From NCBI GenBank assembly GCA_965219955.1, contig OZ244799.1, forward strand, positions 1,312,001 to 1,376,000: a stretch of DNA of 64,000 nt, given 5' to 3'. This document shows, piece after piece, positions 27,634-40,222 of this stretch. The first letter of the stretch is position 1. Every line of letters starts with the position of its first letter. This DNA comes from a bacterium. Lineage in GTDB: Bacteria > UBA8248. A program made the translations under genes and the position numbers. The notes beneath the pieces were generated by a model that saw only the letters and a list, made by a program, of their open reading frames with translations, made no database searches and was not told the origin of the DNA.

Positions 27634-29721
27634 TTATTCGCTCTCACGGGCCATCTCCGCTTCAGAGATGATTTTTTCGGAAATCTGGCCCGGCACTTCC
27701 TCGTAATGAGAAAATTCCATGGAGAAATCCCCCCGATCTGCGGTCAGCGATCGCAGCGCGGGCGCATAGTTCAACACCTCAGACATGGGAACCTGGGACT
27801 TGATGACCTGTTTTCCGCTGGTGCTCGGGTCCATGCCGAGCACTCTGCCCCTGCGCGAATTCATGTCTCCGATGATGTCGCCCATATACTCTTCCGGAAC
27901 GACGATTTGCATGTTCATGATGGGTTCGAGGAGAGTCGGCCTGCAATCCTGAACGCCTTTCTTGAAACCGAGCGAACCGGCTATTTTGAACGCCATTTCA
28001 GAACTGTCGACGTTGTGAAAACTGCCGTCATAAAGCGTGATTTTCAGATCGGTCACGGGATAACCCGCCAGGGTTCCAGAGTCCATCGCCTCCACGATCC
28101 CCTTCTGCACGGCCGGAATGAAGGTTTTGGGAATCGCTCCACCCACGATCTTGTCCACGAACTCGAACCCGCCGCCGCGCTGCAGCGGCTCAATCTCGAG
28201 CCAGGTGTCTCCAAACTGCCCACGTCCGCCGGTTTGTTTCTTGTAGCGGCCCTGAACCTTGGTTCTGCCCTTGATCGTTTCCTTATAGGGCACGCGGGGG
28301 GTCTGCATCTCCACTTCCACACCGTATTTCCGCTTGATTCGTTCTACTATCACCTCGATGTGCAGAACGCCCAGGCCCGAAAGAAGCATCTCTTTGGTTT
28401 GGGGGTCACGGCTGATGGTCAGCGCAGGGTCCTCATCGCGCAAACGCGCGAGGGCCGTGCTGAGCTTCTCCTCATCCCCCTTGCTCTTGGGCGCTACGGC
28501 GTAGGAGATGACGGGCGACGGGAAGTTGATGGGCTCGAACACGACGGCGCCGGACTCGTCGCAAAGCGTGTCCCCCGTTCTGGTGGTTTTCAGCTTTGCG
28601 AGCGCGGCGATATCTCCCGGCACAAGCCTGTCGGAGACGGGAGACTGCCCTTTCCCCTGGATGAAGAGCAAAGAACCGATTCTTTCTTTCTCCGATTGCG
28701 ATGTGTTGAGGACGCCGGTATCGGAAGAAATCTCGCCCGAGACCACACGGAAATAATTCAGTTTGCCGGCAAAAGCGTCCACCACCGTCTTGAATACCAG
28801 GGCGCGGAAAGGCTCACCGGCTTCCGCCTTGATGCTCACCACTTCGTCGCTCGCGTTTTTCGCCTTGAATTCATGCGCCGAAGGCGAGGCGCCGAACTGC
28901 TCAATCGCTCGAAGCAAAAGGTCCGTGCCTACGTTTTTCAATCCGCACCCGCACAAAACCGGCATGAAGGAACCTTCCTGAATCCCCTGGCGCAGTCCCT
29001 GAACGATCTCGTCAGATGAGAGTTCCTCTCCCTCCAGATATTTCTCGAGCACTTCCTCGTTCGTCTCGGCCGCAAACTCGATGAGCTGCCCGCGATACTC
29101 TTCATAGGAATCGGCAAGTTCCGCCGGAATGTCGCTCTCCACACCCTTTCCGTCACCCTCCAACTGGTAGGTGTAAGCCTTTCCCGTAATGAGATCGACG
29201 ATCCCGTTGAAGTCGGCGCCCGGGTTTATGGGCAAATGCAATACCGCGAGACGTTTGTTGATTGTCTTTTCCGCATATTCCATCGCGCGGCTCAAATCGG
29301 CCTGTTCGTGGTCCATCTGGTTCAGATATATGAATGTCGACAAGCCTTCTTCCTCGGCCCAGCCCAGAACCTTCTCGGTAATCACCTTTGGCTCTGAATG
29401 AGAATTCAGGACGACGAGGGCGTTGTCACATGCACGAATAGCCGCGAGGGTATCCGATATGAAATTCGAATACCCCGGCGTATCGAGAAGGTTGATCCGG
29501 TGCCTGTCCCAATCGGCGAAGGCCACCGCCCCCAGGATGGAGGAGTTTCTCTTCACCTCTTCGGGTTCCGAATCGAGTATCGTGTTGCCCGCATCGACCT
29601 TCCCTTGCCTGTCGGTGCTTCCTGCGGTGAAGAGGCAGGCTTCCACGAGAGAAGTTTTTCCGTTTCCTCCCTCTCCCACAAAAGCAACGTTACGGATTTT
29701 GTCTGTTTCATGAGCCGCCAT
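27634..29721 (-). CDS. fusA: Elongation factor G paralogue (EF-G2-like)
   Basis: IRNVAFVGEGGNGKTS, DTPGY, VPYKETI, KKQTGGRGQFG, SFHNVDSSEMAF; located outside the str operon. Confidence 0.9.
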   Translation of the reverse strand: MAAHETDKIRNVAFVGEGGNGKTSLVEACLFTAGSTDRQGKVDAGNTILDSEPEEVKRNSSILGAVAFADWDRHRINLLDTPGYSNFISDTLAAIRACDNALVVLNSHSEPKVITEKVLGWAEEEGLSTFIYLNQMDHEQADLSRAMEYAEKTINKRLAVLHLPINPGADFNGIVDLITGKAYTYQLEGDGKGVESDIPAELADSYEEYRGQLIEFAAETNEEVLEKYLEGEELSSDEIVQGLRQGIQEGSFMPVLCGCGLKNVGTDLLLRAIEQFGASPSAHEFKAKNASDEVVSIKAEAGEPFRALVFKTVVDAFAGKLNYFRVVSGEISSDTGVLNTSQSEKERIGSLLFIQGKGQSPVSDRLVPGDIAALAKLKTTRTGDTLCDESGAVVFEPINFPSPVISYAVAPKSKGDEEKLSTALARLRDEDPALTISRDPQTKEMLLSGLGVLHIEVIVERIKRKYGVEVEMQTPRVPYKETIKGRTKVQGRYKKQTGGRGQFGDTWLEIEPLQRGGGFEFVDKIVGGAIPKTFIPAVQKGIVEAMDSGTLAGYPVTDLKITLYDGSFHNVDSSEMAFKIAGSLGFKKGVQDCRPTLLEPIMNMQIVVPEEYMGDIIGDMNSRRGRVLGMDPSTSGKQVIKSQVPMSEVLNYAPALRSLTADRGDFSMEFSHYEEVPGQISEKIISEAEMARESE

Positions 29722-29937
29722 CTACCTCAACTCCTCTGAAATCAGCCCTTTGGCAACATGACGTTTACAAAGGGCCTCGCGCCCGCCCAGATGATAAGTG
29801 CGAAAATATGTATTCCCGAATCCTGCCATTCAAGGTTCGCTTTGTCAATCAGAATGAATTACTTGCAGGGCAACATTAAAGCTGGGTGTGAACTATAAAA
29901 TTGTGCGATCGCCCCAAACTCTCGAAAATCCTTGAGG

Positions 29938-31305
29938 TTATGGCCTTGCTCGTCCACTTCGTCTTCGGGGTGTGCTCGCCCCTCTCTGGCGGAAACTCAC
30001 CCGAAGCGGCGTACCCTCGAAATCAAACCGCTCCCTCAACCTGTTTTCCACGTACCTCCCGTATTGCTGCACGGGGATCTGGCTCGCGAGACTCGCGAAG
30101 AGGATGACATGAGGCGGAGCAACGCCGCTCTGCGTGGCGTAATACACCTTGGGACGCCGCCCTCCCGTGACGGTGGGCGGAGGATGCGCCTGAACGATTT
30201 CCGATATCGCGCGATTCAACTGCCCGGTGGGAACGCGCCTGAGATGGGACTCATGGAGCTTCTCCACCACGTCGAACACACGCTCGCACCTTTGCCCCGT
30301 CAGAGCGGAGACCGAAAGAACCGGCGCGAAGTGGATGTGGACCAGCTTGTCCCTGATCTCTCGTACTTTCTCGTCAAACGTTTTGCTCTCCTTCGCCAGG
30401 AGATCCCATTTATTCAACAATATCGCGCAGGCGCGGCCGGATTCCTTGATGTGGCGGGCAATCTGCGCATCCATCGTCTTCGGGCCTTGCGTGGCGTCGA
30501 TGAGAAGCAAAGCAATCTGGGAGCGCTCGATACTGCGATAGGCCATAATCATGCTCACCGCCTCCACCTGGCGCTTGCCGATTTTCCCTCTTCTCCTGAT
30601 GCCCGCCGTATCCACGAGACGATACCGCTTCTCCTCTCTTACGCACAGGGAATCCACCGGGTCCCGCGTCGTCCCCGGCACGGGACTCACCAGAGTCCGC
30701 TCACTTCCCAGAATCTGATTCACAAAAGAGGATTTCCCCACATTCGGACGGCCAACGACGGCGATACGACGCTCATCCGCATCTTCGGCTTCCTCGTCCC
30801 CGGCTTCATGCGAAGCAATGCGTATCGCCTCATCCATCACATCGGATACGCCCGAGCCATGCTCCGCCGAAACGAGCCAAACCTCCCCAAGACCCAGTTG
30901 GTAAAAATCCCATTCCGTCTCACGCGTGCGCTTGGAATCCGATTTGTTCACAATGAGCAAAACCGGTTTCTCCGAGACGCGGACCATTTGCGCAACTTCG
31001 AGGTCTCCGGGAAGAAGACCTTCGATGCCATCGACAAGAAATAAAACGACGTCGCTTTCCTCGATGGCGGCCGCCGCCTGCTCCTGGATTTTCGGCAGGA
31101 ACGGATCGCCTTCCGATGCCGCGATGCCGCCCGTATCGACGGCGAGAAACGTCCGGCCCTCCCATTCCCCCTCGCCGTAGCGCCTGTCCCGCGTCACACC
31201 CGGCTCCGCCTGCACAATCGCGTCCCGTCTGCCGATGAGACGATTGAAGAACGTGGATTTCCCCACATTCGGACGCCCTACGATTACGAATACGGGAGAA
31301 GGCAT
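29938..31305 (-). CDS. der: Ribosome biogenesis GTPase Der
   Basis: Two GRPNVGKS motifs, GVTRD/GTTRD, DTGG/DTAG, FEGTP. Confidence 0.97.
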   Translation of the reverse strand: MPSPVFVIVGRPNVGKSTFFNRLIGRRDAIVQAEPGVTRDRRYGEGEWEGRTFLAVDTGGIAASEGDPFLPKIQEQAAAAIEESDVVLFLVDGIEGLLPGDLEVAQMVRVSEKPVLLIVNKSDSKRTRETEWDFYQLGLGEVWLVSAEHGSGVSDVMDEAIRIASHEAGDEEAEDADERRIAVVGRPNVGKSSFVNQILGSERTLVSPVPGTTRDPVDSLCVREEKRYRLVDTAGIRRRGKIGKRQVEAVSMIMAYRSIERSQIALLLIDATQGPKTMDAQIARHIKESGRACAILLNKWDLLAKESKTFDEKVREIRDKLVHIHFAPVLSVSALTGQRCERVFDVVEKLHESHLRRVPTGQLNRAISEIVQAHPPPTVTGGRRPKVYYATQSGVAPPHVILFASLASQIPVQQYGRYVENRLRERFDFEGTPLRVSFRQRGASTPRRRSGRARP

Positions 31306-31332
31306 GGAGGCGTTTCCAGATGAATACGGGAT

Positions 31333-32646
31333 TCAGCGTCTCAGGGCTCTCTTGCCGGCTTTTCTGGAGCCGACGCCCACAAACTTCATAATACCTCTTG
31401 CAATTCCTTCCGCAAGCGCCTGGCGATACTTGGGGCTGCGCATCCGGCTCGCTTCCCGCCGGTTCGAGATGAATGCGACCTCGACCAGAATGCTCGGCAT
31501 CCGGGCGCCGAGCAGCACGTAGAACGGGCCACGCTTCACGCCCAGATCGCGGATGCCGCGATAGCCCGGCCGCAGACGTGAAAGCATCGCCTGCTGAACC
31601 CGCTGCGCCAACTGCTGAGACTCCGTAACCTTAGACCTCAATCCAAGGTCGTTCAGTATCTTTTGCAAATCGGTCATGCGCGCGAGCGTCGTCCCGCTTT
31701 CCCTGGCCGCCAACCTGAGCGCCCTGCCCGATGAAGCCTCGCTCAACAGATAGGTTTCGATTCCGTGTATGTGCCGTGACCTCGCGCTGTTCGCATGTAT
31801 CGACACAAAAATATCCGCGTCATGTTCATTGGCGAACGACGTCCTGTAGGCAAGAGAAATATATCTATCAGAAGTCCGGGTGAGATATATCCGGTTGCCG
31901 CGCCAGGCGCGCCTCAGCACCCGTCTGGTTCTAAGAGCGATGTCGAGAGCGACGCGTTTCTCTCTCAAGCCGGACAAGCCGACCGCGCCCGGATCCTTGC
32001 CCCCATGCCCCGGGTCAAGGACGATTCGGCCCAGACCACGGCGAAATCTTTGAGTCAAATTCATATCACGCCGCTCCAGCGTTTTTCGTCGAACGGGCGC
32101 TCTGAGCGCGTGGTCGGATGTTTCGGGTTCGGGGCGCTTGCCCCCTCCCCTTTGGGAGGGTTTCGAGATGCTCGTGCTTTTGGCCCATACGTCAACCACG
32201 ATGCGCTGCGGACCCGGGAGGGTGAATATCCGGTATTTGACGTCATCTTTTTTCGCGATATCAATCACGAGGCGCAGACTGTTCTTGCGCGGCTTGCCGA
32301 ACCTGAGCCGGGATACGATGCTTTTTTCCGGAGAAAATTTCGGAATCCGAGCGCCCCTTCCGAGGCGCCCGCGAGGGATGTCAATGAAAATTCGCGTGGG
32401 CTTCTTCAAGTCGCCCGATTTGAAATCAAACGTTTCGCGGTCCAGTATGAAGACGACCCGCGCATAATCCGGGGTGGAGAATTCCCGAATCCCGAGAACG
32501 CTGGCGCCCGAACCCCGCGCGCCAGAAGCGCTCCCCTCACCCTGCGCCCAGAAAACAAGCGAAAGAGCGAGAATGAGAAGTGAATTCCCCGGCAGTCTTC
32601 CTGTCCTGCTTATCCTGCGCGGCGTGGCGAACGGATTTCCGACCAC
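31333..32646 (-). CDS. N-acetylmuramoyl-L-alanine amidase (AMIN + Amidase_3)
   Basis: LRLVID AMIN segment, LDPGHGGKDPGA, EK, FVSIHAN, PSILVE. Confidence 0.92.
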   Translation of the reverse strand: MVGNPFATPRRISRTGRLPGNSLLILALSLVFWAQGEGSASGARGSGASVLGIREFSTPDYARVVFILDRETFDFKSGDLKKPTRIFIDIPRGRLGRGARIPKFSPEKSIVSRLRFGKPRKNSLRLVIDIAKKDDVKYRIFTLPGPQRIVVDVWAKSTSISKPSQRGGGKRPEPETSDHALRAPVRRKTLERRDMNLTQRFRRGLGRIVLDPGHGGKDPGAVGLSGLREKRVALDIALRTRRVLRRAWRGNRIYLTRTSDRYISLAYRTSFANEHDADIFVSIHANSARSRHIHGIETYLLSEASSGRALRLAARESGTTLARMTDLQKILNDLGLRSKVTESQQLAQRVQQAMLSRLRPGYRGIRDLGVKRGPFYVLLGARMPSILVEVAFISNRREASRMRSPKYRQALAEGIARGIMKFVGVGSRKAGKRALRR

Positions 32647-32691
32647 AGATACTTCTCCCGTGGCGGGCGGCGTATGTGATGCGGAAATGCC

Positions 32692-33981
<1,290 letters not shown>

Positions 33982-34001
33982 TCATTCTGCGCTACGATGT
34001 C

Positions 34002-35180
34002 TTACGCCCCGACGGCCGTCTTCAAATCGGCTGTCTTGTCTGTTTTCTCCCAGGTAAACTCAGGTTCACTCCGGCCGAAGTGTCCATAAGCCGCCGTGTT
34101 CTTGAAGATGGGTCGGCGCAAGTCGAGGTGTTCGATAATCTCCCTGGGCTTGAGACCGAAAACTTCGCGGATGGCCCCCGAGAGGGCATCCGGGTCCACA
34201 TGACTCGTTCCAAAATCCTCGACCAATACGGAAACGGGGTCCGCCACGCCGATGGCGTAGGCGAGTTGCACTTCCGCTGTATCCGCAAGCCCTGCAGCAA
34301 CGATGTTTTTGGCAATATATCGCCCCATATAGGCGGCTGAGCGGTCCACCTTCGAGGGGTCTTTGCCGGAAAATGCGCCGCCACCGTGCCTGCTGTATCC
34401 TCCATAAGTATCCACAATGATTTTCCGGCCCGTGAGTCCCGTGTCGCACATGGGGCCCCCGATGACGAAAAGCCCCGTCGGATTCACATAAAATTCAGTC
34501 TCCTCCGTCGTCATATCTTGCGGGAGTACGGGGCGTATGACTTCACGGATGATGTCTTCACGGATCTGCTCAAGCCCCACATCCTCGGAATGCTGAGCGG
34601 AAATGACCACATTGTCGATCGCCACGGGCTTGCCATCTTCATAACGAACGGATACCTGGCTTTTGCTGTCGGGGCGCAGGTAGTCCAAAACCCCATTTCG
34701 CCTCATATCCGTGGTCCTGCGAACCAGCTTGTGGGCCAACATGATGGGCAGAGGCATCAACTCTTCGGATTCGCGGCAGGCGAATCCAAACATCATCCCC
34801 TGATCTCCCGCCCCTTGTTCCTGGAAAAGTCCTTGCCCCTCCGAGACCCCCAGATCGATGTTGGGCGATTGCCTGTCTATCGCCGTAACGACCGAACATG
34901 TATCGCAATCAAAACCATATGCCGAATTGTCGTAGCCGATGTGCCGAATCGTCTCGCGCGCAATCTCACGCGCATCGTATTGGGCCGCCGTCGTAATCTC
35001 GCCGGCGACGAACACGATACCCGTCGTGATAAGCGTTTCACAAGCAACACGACCGTTGGGGTCTTCTTGAAAAATGGCGTCCAAAACGGAATCGCTTATC
35101 TGATCGGCAATTTTGTCAGGATGTCCCTCCGAAACAGACTCGGAAGTAAAAATATAGTTTTTCACATGATTGGAACCCAT
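34002..35180 (-). CDS. metK: S-adenosylmethionine synthetase
   Basis: [42 protein letters not shown]. Confidence 0.98.
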   Translation of the reverse strand: MGSNHVKNYIFTSESVSEGHPDKIADQISDSVLDAIFQEDPNGRVACETLITTGIVFVAGEITTAAQYDAREIARETIRHIGYDNSAYGFDCDTCSVVTAIDRQSPNIDLGVSEGQGLFQEQGAGDQGMMFGFACRESEELMPLPIMLAHKLVRRTTDMRRNGVLDYLRPDSKSQVSVRYEDGKPVAIDNVVISAQHSEDVGLEQIREDIIREVIRPVLPQDMTTEETEFYVNPTGLFVIGGPMCDTGLTGRKIIVDTYGGYSRHGGGAFSGKDPSKVDRSAAYMGRYIAKNIVAAGLADTAEVQLAYAIGVADPVSVLVEDFGTSHVDPDALSGAIREVFGLKPREIIEHLDLRRPIFKNTAAYGHFGRSEPEFTWEKTDKTADLKTAVGA

Positions 35181-35399
35181 CTACAATCTCCCAGAAATTG
35201 GAGGTCGCCATCGAGTCAAGAAAAGAAGGCCTCGCTGGACGATATTCATTTTCCGGCGTCTTTTATCATTTCTTGAAATTGGACGGAAGCGCACGGGAAA
35301 AATGTTGATTTTTCGTAAAGACTACCTTTGAGAAAGTTCCTGCATCCAGGGCGGAAAGGAACAATTTTCTTCTCGATATATTTGCATTAAATATATAAT

Positions 35400-35412
35400 T
35401 ATCAATGCGTTA
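35400..35412 (+). promoter_or_regulatory. Candidate IHF-binding site in the AT-rich metK upstream region
   Basis: TATCAATGCGTTA matches WATCAANNNNTTR, with an AT-rich tract 5' of it. Confidence 0.35.
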
Positions 35413-35479
35413 AATAGTATTTACCACGATACGCTCGAATATCCTACACTTTTAATATTCGGTGCATTCTTATTGAACG

Positions 35480-35761
35480 CTACCCCGTTTCTCCAAAGCC
35501 GGTTCGAATCAAATCCGCCAATTCCGCCACCGCTGCCTCTTCATCCGAACCATAAGCGCTTATCAGGAGTTCCGAGCCGGGGGTCGCGGCAAGCATCATG
35601 ACGCCCATGATGCTCTTTCCGTCCACCTCCATATCCCGGAATCGCACGAGAATTTCGCTATCGAATTTGCTCGACAGCCTCACGAATTTAGCCGCTGCCC
35701 TGGCGTGAAGCCCCATTTGATTGCTGATGCTGACTCTTTGTTCCGCCATGACGGCGCTCAT
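35480..35761 (-). CDS. ptsH: Phosphocarrier protein HPr
   Basis: GLHARAAA (His15) and DGKSIMGVM (Ser46). Confidence 0.93.
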   Translation of the reverse strand: MSAVMAEQRVSISNQMGLHARAAAKFVRLSSKFDSEILVRFRDMEVDGKSIMGVMMLAATPGSELLISAYGSDEEAAVAELADLIRTGFGETG

Positions 35762-36180
35762 TCCTCCTTGGCTGGGCGTTGTTTTGCTGAATTGATCATT
35801 TCACTCGGCTGGGCCAGGTTCCGCCTCCCATACTCTACTAAAAAACGCGCCGCCTCGGAGACAGTCTTCCCCTCAATAAACGACAGCTTCAAGAGCATCG
35901 GTAAATTCACTCCCGTCACCACCTCCACTCCGGGGTGATTCAGCATGGCGATAGCCGCATTCGTTGGAGCGCCTCCCATCATATCCGTCATGATAATCAC
36001 CCCCTCACCCGTTTCCACCTCTGCAACCGCTTTTTCTATCTTTTCCGTAAAACCGGCGGGGTCGGCGTCTGGCTGCAACGAGAGCGCCTTCATTTGAGTT
36101 GCGCCTGACAAGACGGACTCGGCTGCATGCAGCAACGCATCCGGATAATCTCCATGGCCAACAATCACCAAACCAATCAT
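35758..36180 (-). CDS. PTS EIIA, mannose/fructose family
   Basis: MIGLVIVGHG, TDMMGGAPTN, VTGVNLPML. Confidence 0.9.
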   Translation of the reverse strand: MIGLVIVGHGDYPDALLHAAESVLSGATQMKALSLQPDADPAGFTEKIEKAVAEVETGEGVIIMTDMMGGAPTNAAIAMLNHPGVEVVTGVNLPMLLKLSFIEGKTVSEAARFLVEYGRRNLAQPSEMINSAKQRPAKEE

Positions 36181-36206
36181 GCGAGACCTCTTGTTCCCTT
36201 CGCTTT

Positions 36207-37145
36207 CTAGCCCGTCGACTCGAGTGCAATCCGGGCGGAGAGCGTGCGGCTGAATTCTTCTGCCGAGAAATACCCCATACGCTGCAATAACAGGTTCCTG
36301 GCGGCCACTTCGATCAGCGTGGGGATATTCCTCCCGGGCGCAACCGGGATTTTCACGTGCGGCAGGTCTTTGTCCAGGATATTCTGGGTCTCGATGTCGA
36401 TTCCGAGGCGCTCGAAAGGCAAATCCGGGCTCCAGGGAATCAACTCCACGACAATATCGACATTTTTTTCATATCGAATCGCAACGACCCCAAAAAGGTC
36501 TTTCAGATTCAGTATTCCAAGACCCCTCACCTCGATATGATGCTTGAGCAATTCCGTGCTTTTTCCGACCAACTCATTCCCACGCAGCTGGATATCCACC
36601 ACATCGTCGGCGACGAGTCGATGTCCCCGCGTGACGAGATGCAGCGCGCACTCGCTCTTTCCGATGCCGCTTTTCCCCTGAATCAGCACACCGACGCCGT
36701 ACAAGTCGACAAGGACGCCGTGCAACCTGGCATGCTGGGAGAGATGCTCTTCGAGATATCCCGATAATTTCGGCATCAGATCCTTACCAGGCAGGCCCGA
36801 GAGTATAATCGGCACACCGGACTGCTCGGATGCTTCTCTGATATCCGGGAAGATATACTTGCCTCCCGTAACCAGTACGGCGCACAGCGGCATACGAAAA
36901 TATTTGCGCACCGCCTCTATTCTCTCCTCCTCCACCAGGTCTTCCAGAAAACCGACCTCGGTGCTCCCCCATACCTGAATCCTCTCCGGGTGCACAGCTT
37001 TCAGGAATCCGGCAAGAGGCAAGCCGTTTTTCTGGAAATGCGTATGGTTGATCCAGCGCCCCATGCCGGATTCGCCCGAGAGGATGGATAACTTCAACTC
37101 CTCCCGCAGATCTTCATACAATTGAGATACCGAGAGCTTGCTCAT
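36207..37145 (-). CDS. hprK: HPr kinase/phosphorylase
   Basis: HGVLVDLYGVGVLIQGKSGIGKSE, LVADD, EVRGLGI, PVAPGRN. Confidence 0.96.
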   Translation of the reverse strand: MSKLSVSQLYEDLREELKLSILSGESGMGRWINHTHFQKNGLPLAGFLKAVHPERIQVWGSTEVGFLEDLVEEERIEAVRKYFRMPLCAVLVTGGKYIFPDIREASEQSGVPIILSGLPGKDLMPKLSGYLEEHLSQHARLHGVLVDLYGVGVLIQGKSGIGKSECALHLVTRGHRLVADDVVDIQLRGNELVGKSTELLKHHIEVRGLGILNLKDLFGVVAIRYEKNVDIVVELIPWSPDLPFERLGIDIETQNILDKDLPHVKIPVAPGRNIPTLIEVAARNLLLQRMGYFSAEEFSRTLSARIALESTG

Positions 37146-37399
37146 CACGTTCCTCGACACTGAATACATCCAAGAGATTCAGAGTCCGATCTCGGAGATG
37201 CGAGTGAACAACCGGCACGAAACCTCAACGACGCCATACCGCGTACCGGGAAATGGAACGGCCAATTTCTTTGGATGATAACAAACATTCCTGATATTTT
37301 CAGAAATCCGCATGTCCCTGGAGACTCTTGCCCACTCCCGTGAACCACGGTTGTGGATAGATACGAAATACGAGTCAATACATCAGCCGCTTCAGAGTG

Positions 37400-38842
37400 T
37401 CACTGGCGCATTTTGCGTCTTTTGCTGGCGGGAGAGATGCGCAGCGCCTTGCGGTATTTCGTCACCGTCCGCCTCGCTATCGCCACGTTGTCCTGCTCGA
37501 GCCTCTCCACGATTTGCTGGTCGGTGAGCGGCTTCTCGGGGTTTTCCTGTTCCACGATTTTCCTGATTGTTTCTTTCACGGCCACCGAAGAGGCGCTCTT
37601 CCCCAAACCAGATTCCAGTCCGCTGTGGAAAAAATACTTGAAGCTTAAAACACCCTGCGGCGTATCCATATATTTGCCCGTCGTGGCACGACTCACGGTT
37701 GATTCGTGCATCCCGATATCCATCGCCACATCTCTCAAAACCAGGGGCCTCAGGCGACTCACGCCATGGTCCAGAAAATCTCTCTGGAAACGCACGATGC
37801 TTCGGCAGATTTTGAGAATCGTCTGCCTTCTCTGCTCTATGCTCTTGACGAACCAGGCAGCCGCCCTGAGGCGCTCATCCAAATATTTCCTTGTATCGGG
37901 GGCGGTTCCCGCTTTGTCGGCCGCCATGGCCGCATAAAGAGAATTCACACGCAGGAGCGGCAGACCATCGTCATTGAGCGTCACCTCATAATCATCTCCC
38001 CTTCTGGTGACGCTCACGTCCGGGGCCACTACCTCCACTCTTTGTTCGGAAAAACGCAAGCCCGGGCAAGGGTCCAGACTTCGAATGATGTGGACGGCCC
38101 GGATGATGTCGTCCACATCGACACCGTTAACCCTGGCGAGTTTCGCATATTGACGCTCACCTATCTTCTCAATGTCCTCAAGCACCAGGACCCGCGCCAA
38201 ATCCACGAAAGCGGTGTTCCCGTTTATGGATAAGTCAATATTCTTCAATTGGATAAGAAGGCATTCCTGAAGTGTTCTCGCAGCAATGCCCGGCGGGCTG
38301 AAGCCTTGCACCAAAGCCAATGCCTTATCAGCCTCAAGCGGCCCCAGACCCACGCCCGCCGCCAGCTCCTCCGCATCAGCGTCCAGATAACCCTCGTCAT
38401 TCACATTCCAGATAATTTGCCCGGCAACCCTTGCTACCGGTTCAGGGACCACCGAAAGACTCAATTGCCATTCCAGGTGCTCATGCAGCGTATCGGACCG
38501 CGCCAGGGTCTGTTCATGAGAGGAGAATTCGTCTTCGAAGGCCGGAGGCGAGAAATCATCATAATTGTCCTGCACGATGTTTTCCCAATCGATTTCCACT
38601 TCGCCTCTTTCATCATTTTGACTCTCGGGAACATCGTCTCTCAATTCCGGCATCTCGCCATCGGCCACTTCCTGCGCTTCATCCTGAATTTCTTCCAGCA
38701 AGGGATTGTCCAACATTTCCTGCTGAACAGCTTGCTGCATTTCCGTGCGGTTCAGAGGCAAAAGGCCAATCGCCTGCCGCAACATGGCGGTCATGACGAG
38801 GCGTTGCTCCCCCCTCATCGCCATCTTGTGCTGCAAAGCCAT
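37400..38842 (-). CDS. rpoN: RNA polymerase sigma-54 factor
   Basis: NPLLE, HESTVSRA, RpoN box ARRTVTKYR. Confidence 0.97.
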   Translation of the reverse strand: MALQHKMAMRGEQRLVMTAMLRQAIGLLPLNRTEMQQAVQQEMLDNPLLEEIQDEAQEVADGEMPELRDDVPESQNDERGEVEIDWENIVQDNYDDFSPPAFEDEFSSHEQTLARSDTLHEHLEWQLSLSVVPEPVARVAGQIIWNVNDEGYLDADAEELAAGVGLGPLEADKALALVQGFSPPGIAARTLQECLLIQLKNIDLSINGNTAFVDLARVLVLEDIEKIGERQYAKLARVNGVDVDDIIRAVHIIRSLDPCPGLRFSEQRVEVVAPDVSVTRRGDDYEVTLNDDGLPLLRVNSLYAAMAADKAGTAPDTRKYLDERLRAAAWFVKSIEQRRQTILKICRSIVRFQRDFLDHGVSRLRPLVLRDVAMDIGMHESTVSRATTGKYMDTPQGVLSFKYFFHSGLESGLGKSASSVAVKETIRKIVEQENPEKPLTDQQIVERLEQDNVAIARRTVTKYRKALRISPASKRRKMRQ

Positions 38843-38859
38843 GTCTGTTCCCCTTGCCT

Positions 38860-39624
38860 TCAAAGACGAAATTTTTCGCCCAGATAAACGTCCCGCGCCT
38901 TGTCGCTCGAAGCGATGTCCTCCGGGACACCGGACTCCAGTATCCGCCCCTCATTGATGATGTATATCCTGTCGGATATCTGAAAGGCCTCGCGCACATT
39001 GTGGTCCGTGATGATGACCCCGATCCCACGAGCCTTCAGGCCCGCTACAATTTCCTGGATATCGTGAACCACAATGGGATCAATGCCGGCGAAAGGCTCA
39101 TCAAGGAGCATGAAAGCGGGATTCGTGGCCAGTGCCCGGGCAATTTCCACACGCCTTCTTTCACCGCCGGAGAGAGCGTAGCCCTTCACGGATTCAATGT
39201 GCCTGATATCCAGATCCTCCAGGATCTCGTTCAATCGACTCTCGCGATGGCTTGAATCACGGGAAACCAATTCAAGCACCGCCATGATGTTTTGCCTCAC
39301 CGAAAGGCGACGAAACACAGACGCCTCTTGCGGCAAATAACTGATTCCCTGCTTGGCGCGCATATACATGGGCTGGCCGGTGATTTCCCTGCCATTCAAA
39401 AATATTTCCCCCGCATCCGGAACGACCAGCCCTACAATCATATTAAATATCGTCGTCTTGCCGGCCCCGTTGGGCCCAAGCAAACCCACGATTTCGCCGG
39501 GCTGCACTTCGAGTTCCACACCGGAGACAACCTCTCGGCCGGAATAGCTTTTCGTCAATCCGGTCGCGCGAACGGAAACAGCACCCGTGCGTCGTATCGC
39601 ATTGCCGTCGGTTCGCGTAGCCAT
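38860..39624 (-). CDS. lptB: LPS export ABC ATPase LptB
   Basis: [45 protein letters not shown]. Confidence 0.96.
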   Translation of the reverse strand: MATRTDGNAIRRTGAVSVRATGLTKSYSGREVVSGVELEVQPGEIVGLLGPNGAGKTTIFNMIVGLVVPDAGEIFLNGREITGQPMYMRAKQGISYLPQEASVFRRLSVRQNIMAVLELVSRDSSHRESRLNEILEDLDIRHIESVKGYALSGGERRRVEIARALATNPAFMLLDEPFAGIDPIVVHDIQEIVAGLKARGIGVIITDHNVREAFQISDRIYIINEGRILESGVPEDIASSDKARDVYLGEKFRL

Positions 39625-39628
39625 GAGC

Positions 39629-40222
39629 CTAGTTGGATTTTTTGCGGCGGGGGGTCTCGCTGGAAGGAAAAAGGGTGACACTGACTCTCCGGCGAGGCGA
39701 GCCATGAACTATCGTTTTATCTTCTTTCAAATTCAACTCTATTTTGGAGCCGACCAACTGATTCTTTCCTTCCCAGACACGAGGACTGCCCGTCAAAACA
39801 GCGATGCCGGTGGAATCCCGATATTCAAGCCGGGCGGCAGTGGCGAACCTCCTCTTCGCCTGATCCATCATCACGTTCCCGGTGGCCACGATCCTGTCGA
39901 CCTCCCCCGCATCGTCTTTGGAAGCCGGCCCGCGCTTCGAGCCCGGTCGTTTGGCTTTCAGTGTATATACTTCGAGGCGATTCGCCTTTATGTGCATGTT
40001 CCCCTGGTTCGCCTTTACATCTCCGATGAACACGATGAGATTCTTCCGGCTGTTCACTTCCATCTTGTCGGAGGTAATGTGGATGGGGGCCTTGCGGTTT
40101 AATCGGCTCTGCTTATTTTGCTGCTGTGCAAATGAGTTAGCGCCGCTCCATAATAAAAAAACCAGGCAAGACCCCAAAACAATGGGGCCGAGGCGCTTCA
40201 GGCGGTAGGTTTTCGGTTTCAA
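39629..40222 (-). CDS. lptA: LPS transport periplasmic protein LptA
   Basis: Signal peptide, [37 protein letters not shown]; synteny. Confidence 0.9.
   Translation of the reverse strand: MKPKTYRLKRLGPIVLGSCLVFLLWSGANSFAQQQNKQSRLNRKAPIHITSDKMEVNSRKNLIVFIGDVKANQGNMHIKANRLEVYTLKAKRPGSKRGPASKDDAGEVDRIVATGNVMMDQAKRRFATAARLEYRDSTGIAVLTGSPRVWEGKNQLVGSKIELNLKEDKTIVHGSPRRRVSVTLFPSSETPRRKKSN

Noticed and set aside
35181-35479. SAM or SAH riboswitch upstream of metK-ahcY
   Set aside because: No recognisable aptamer motifs; the region is AT-rich and promoter-like.
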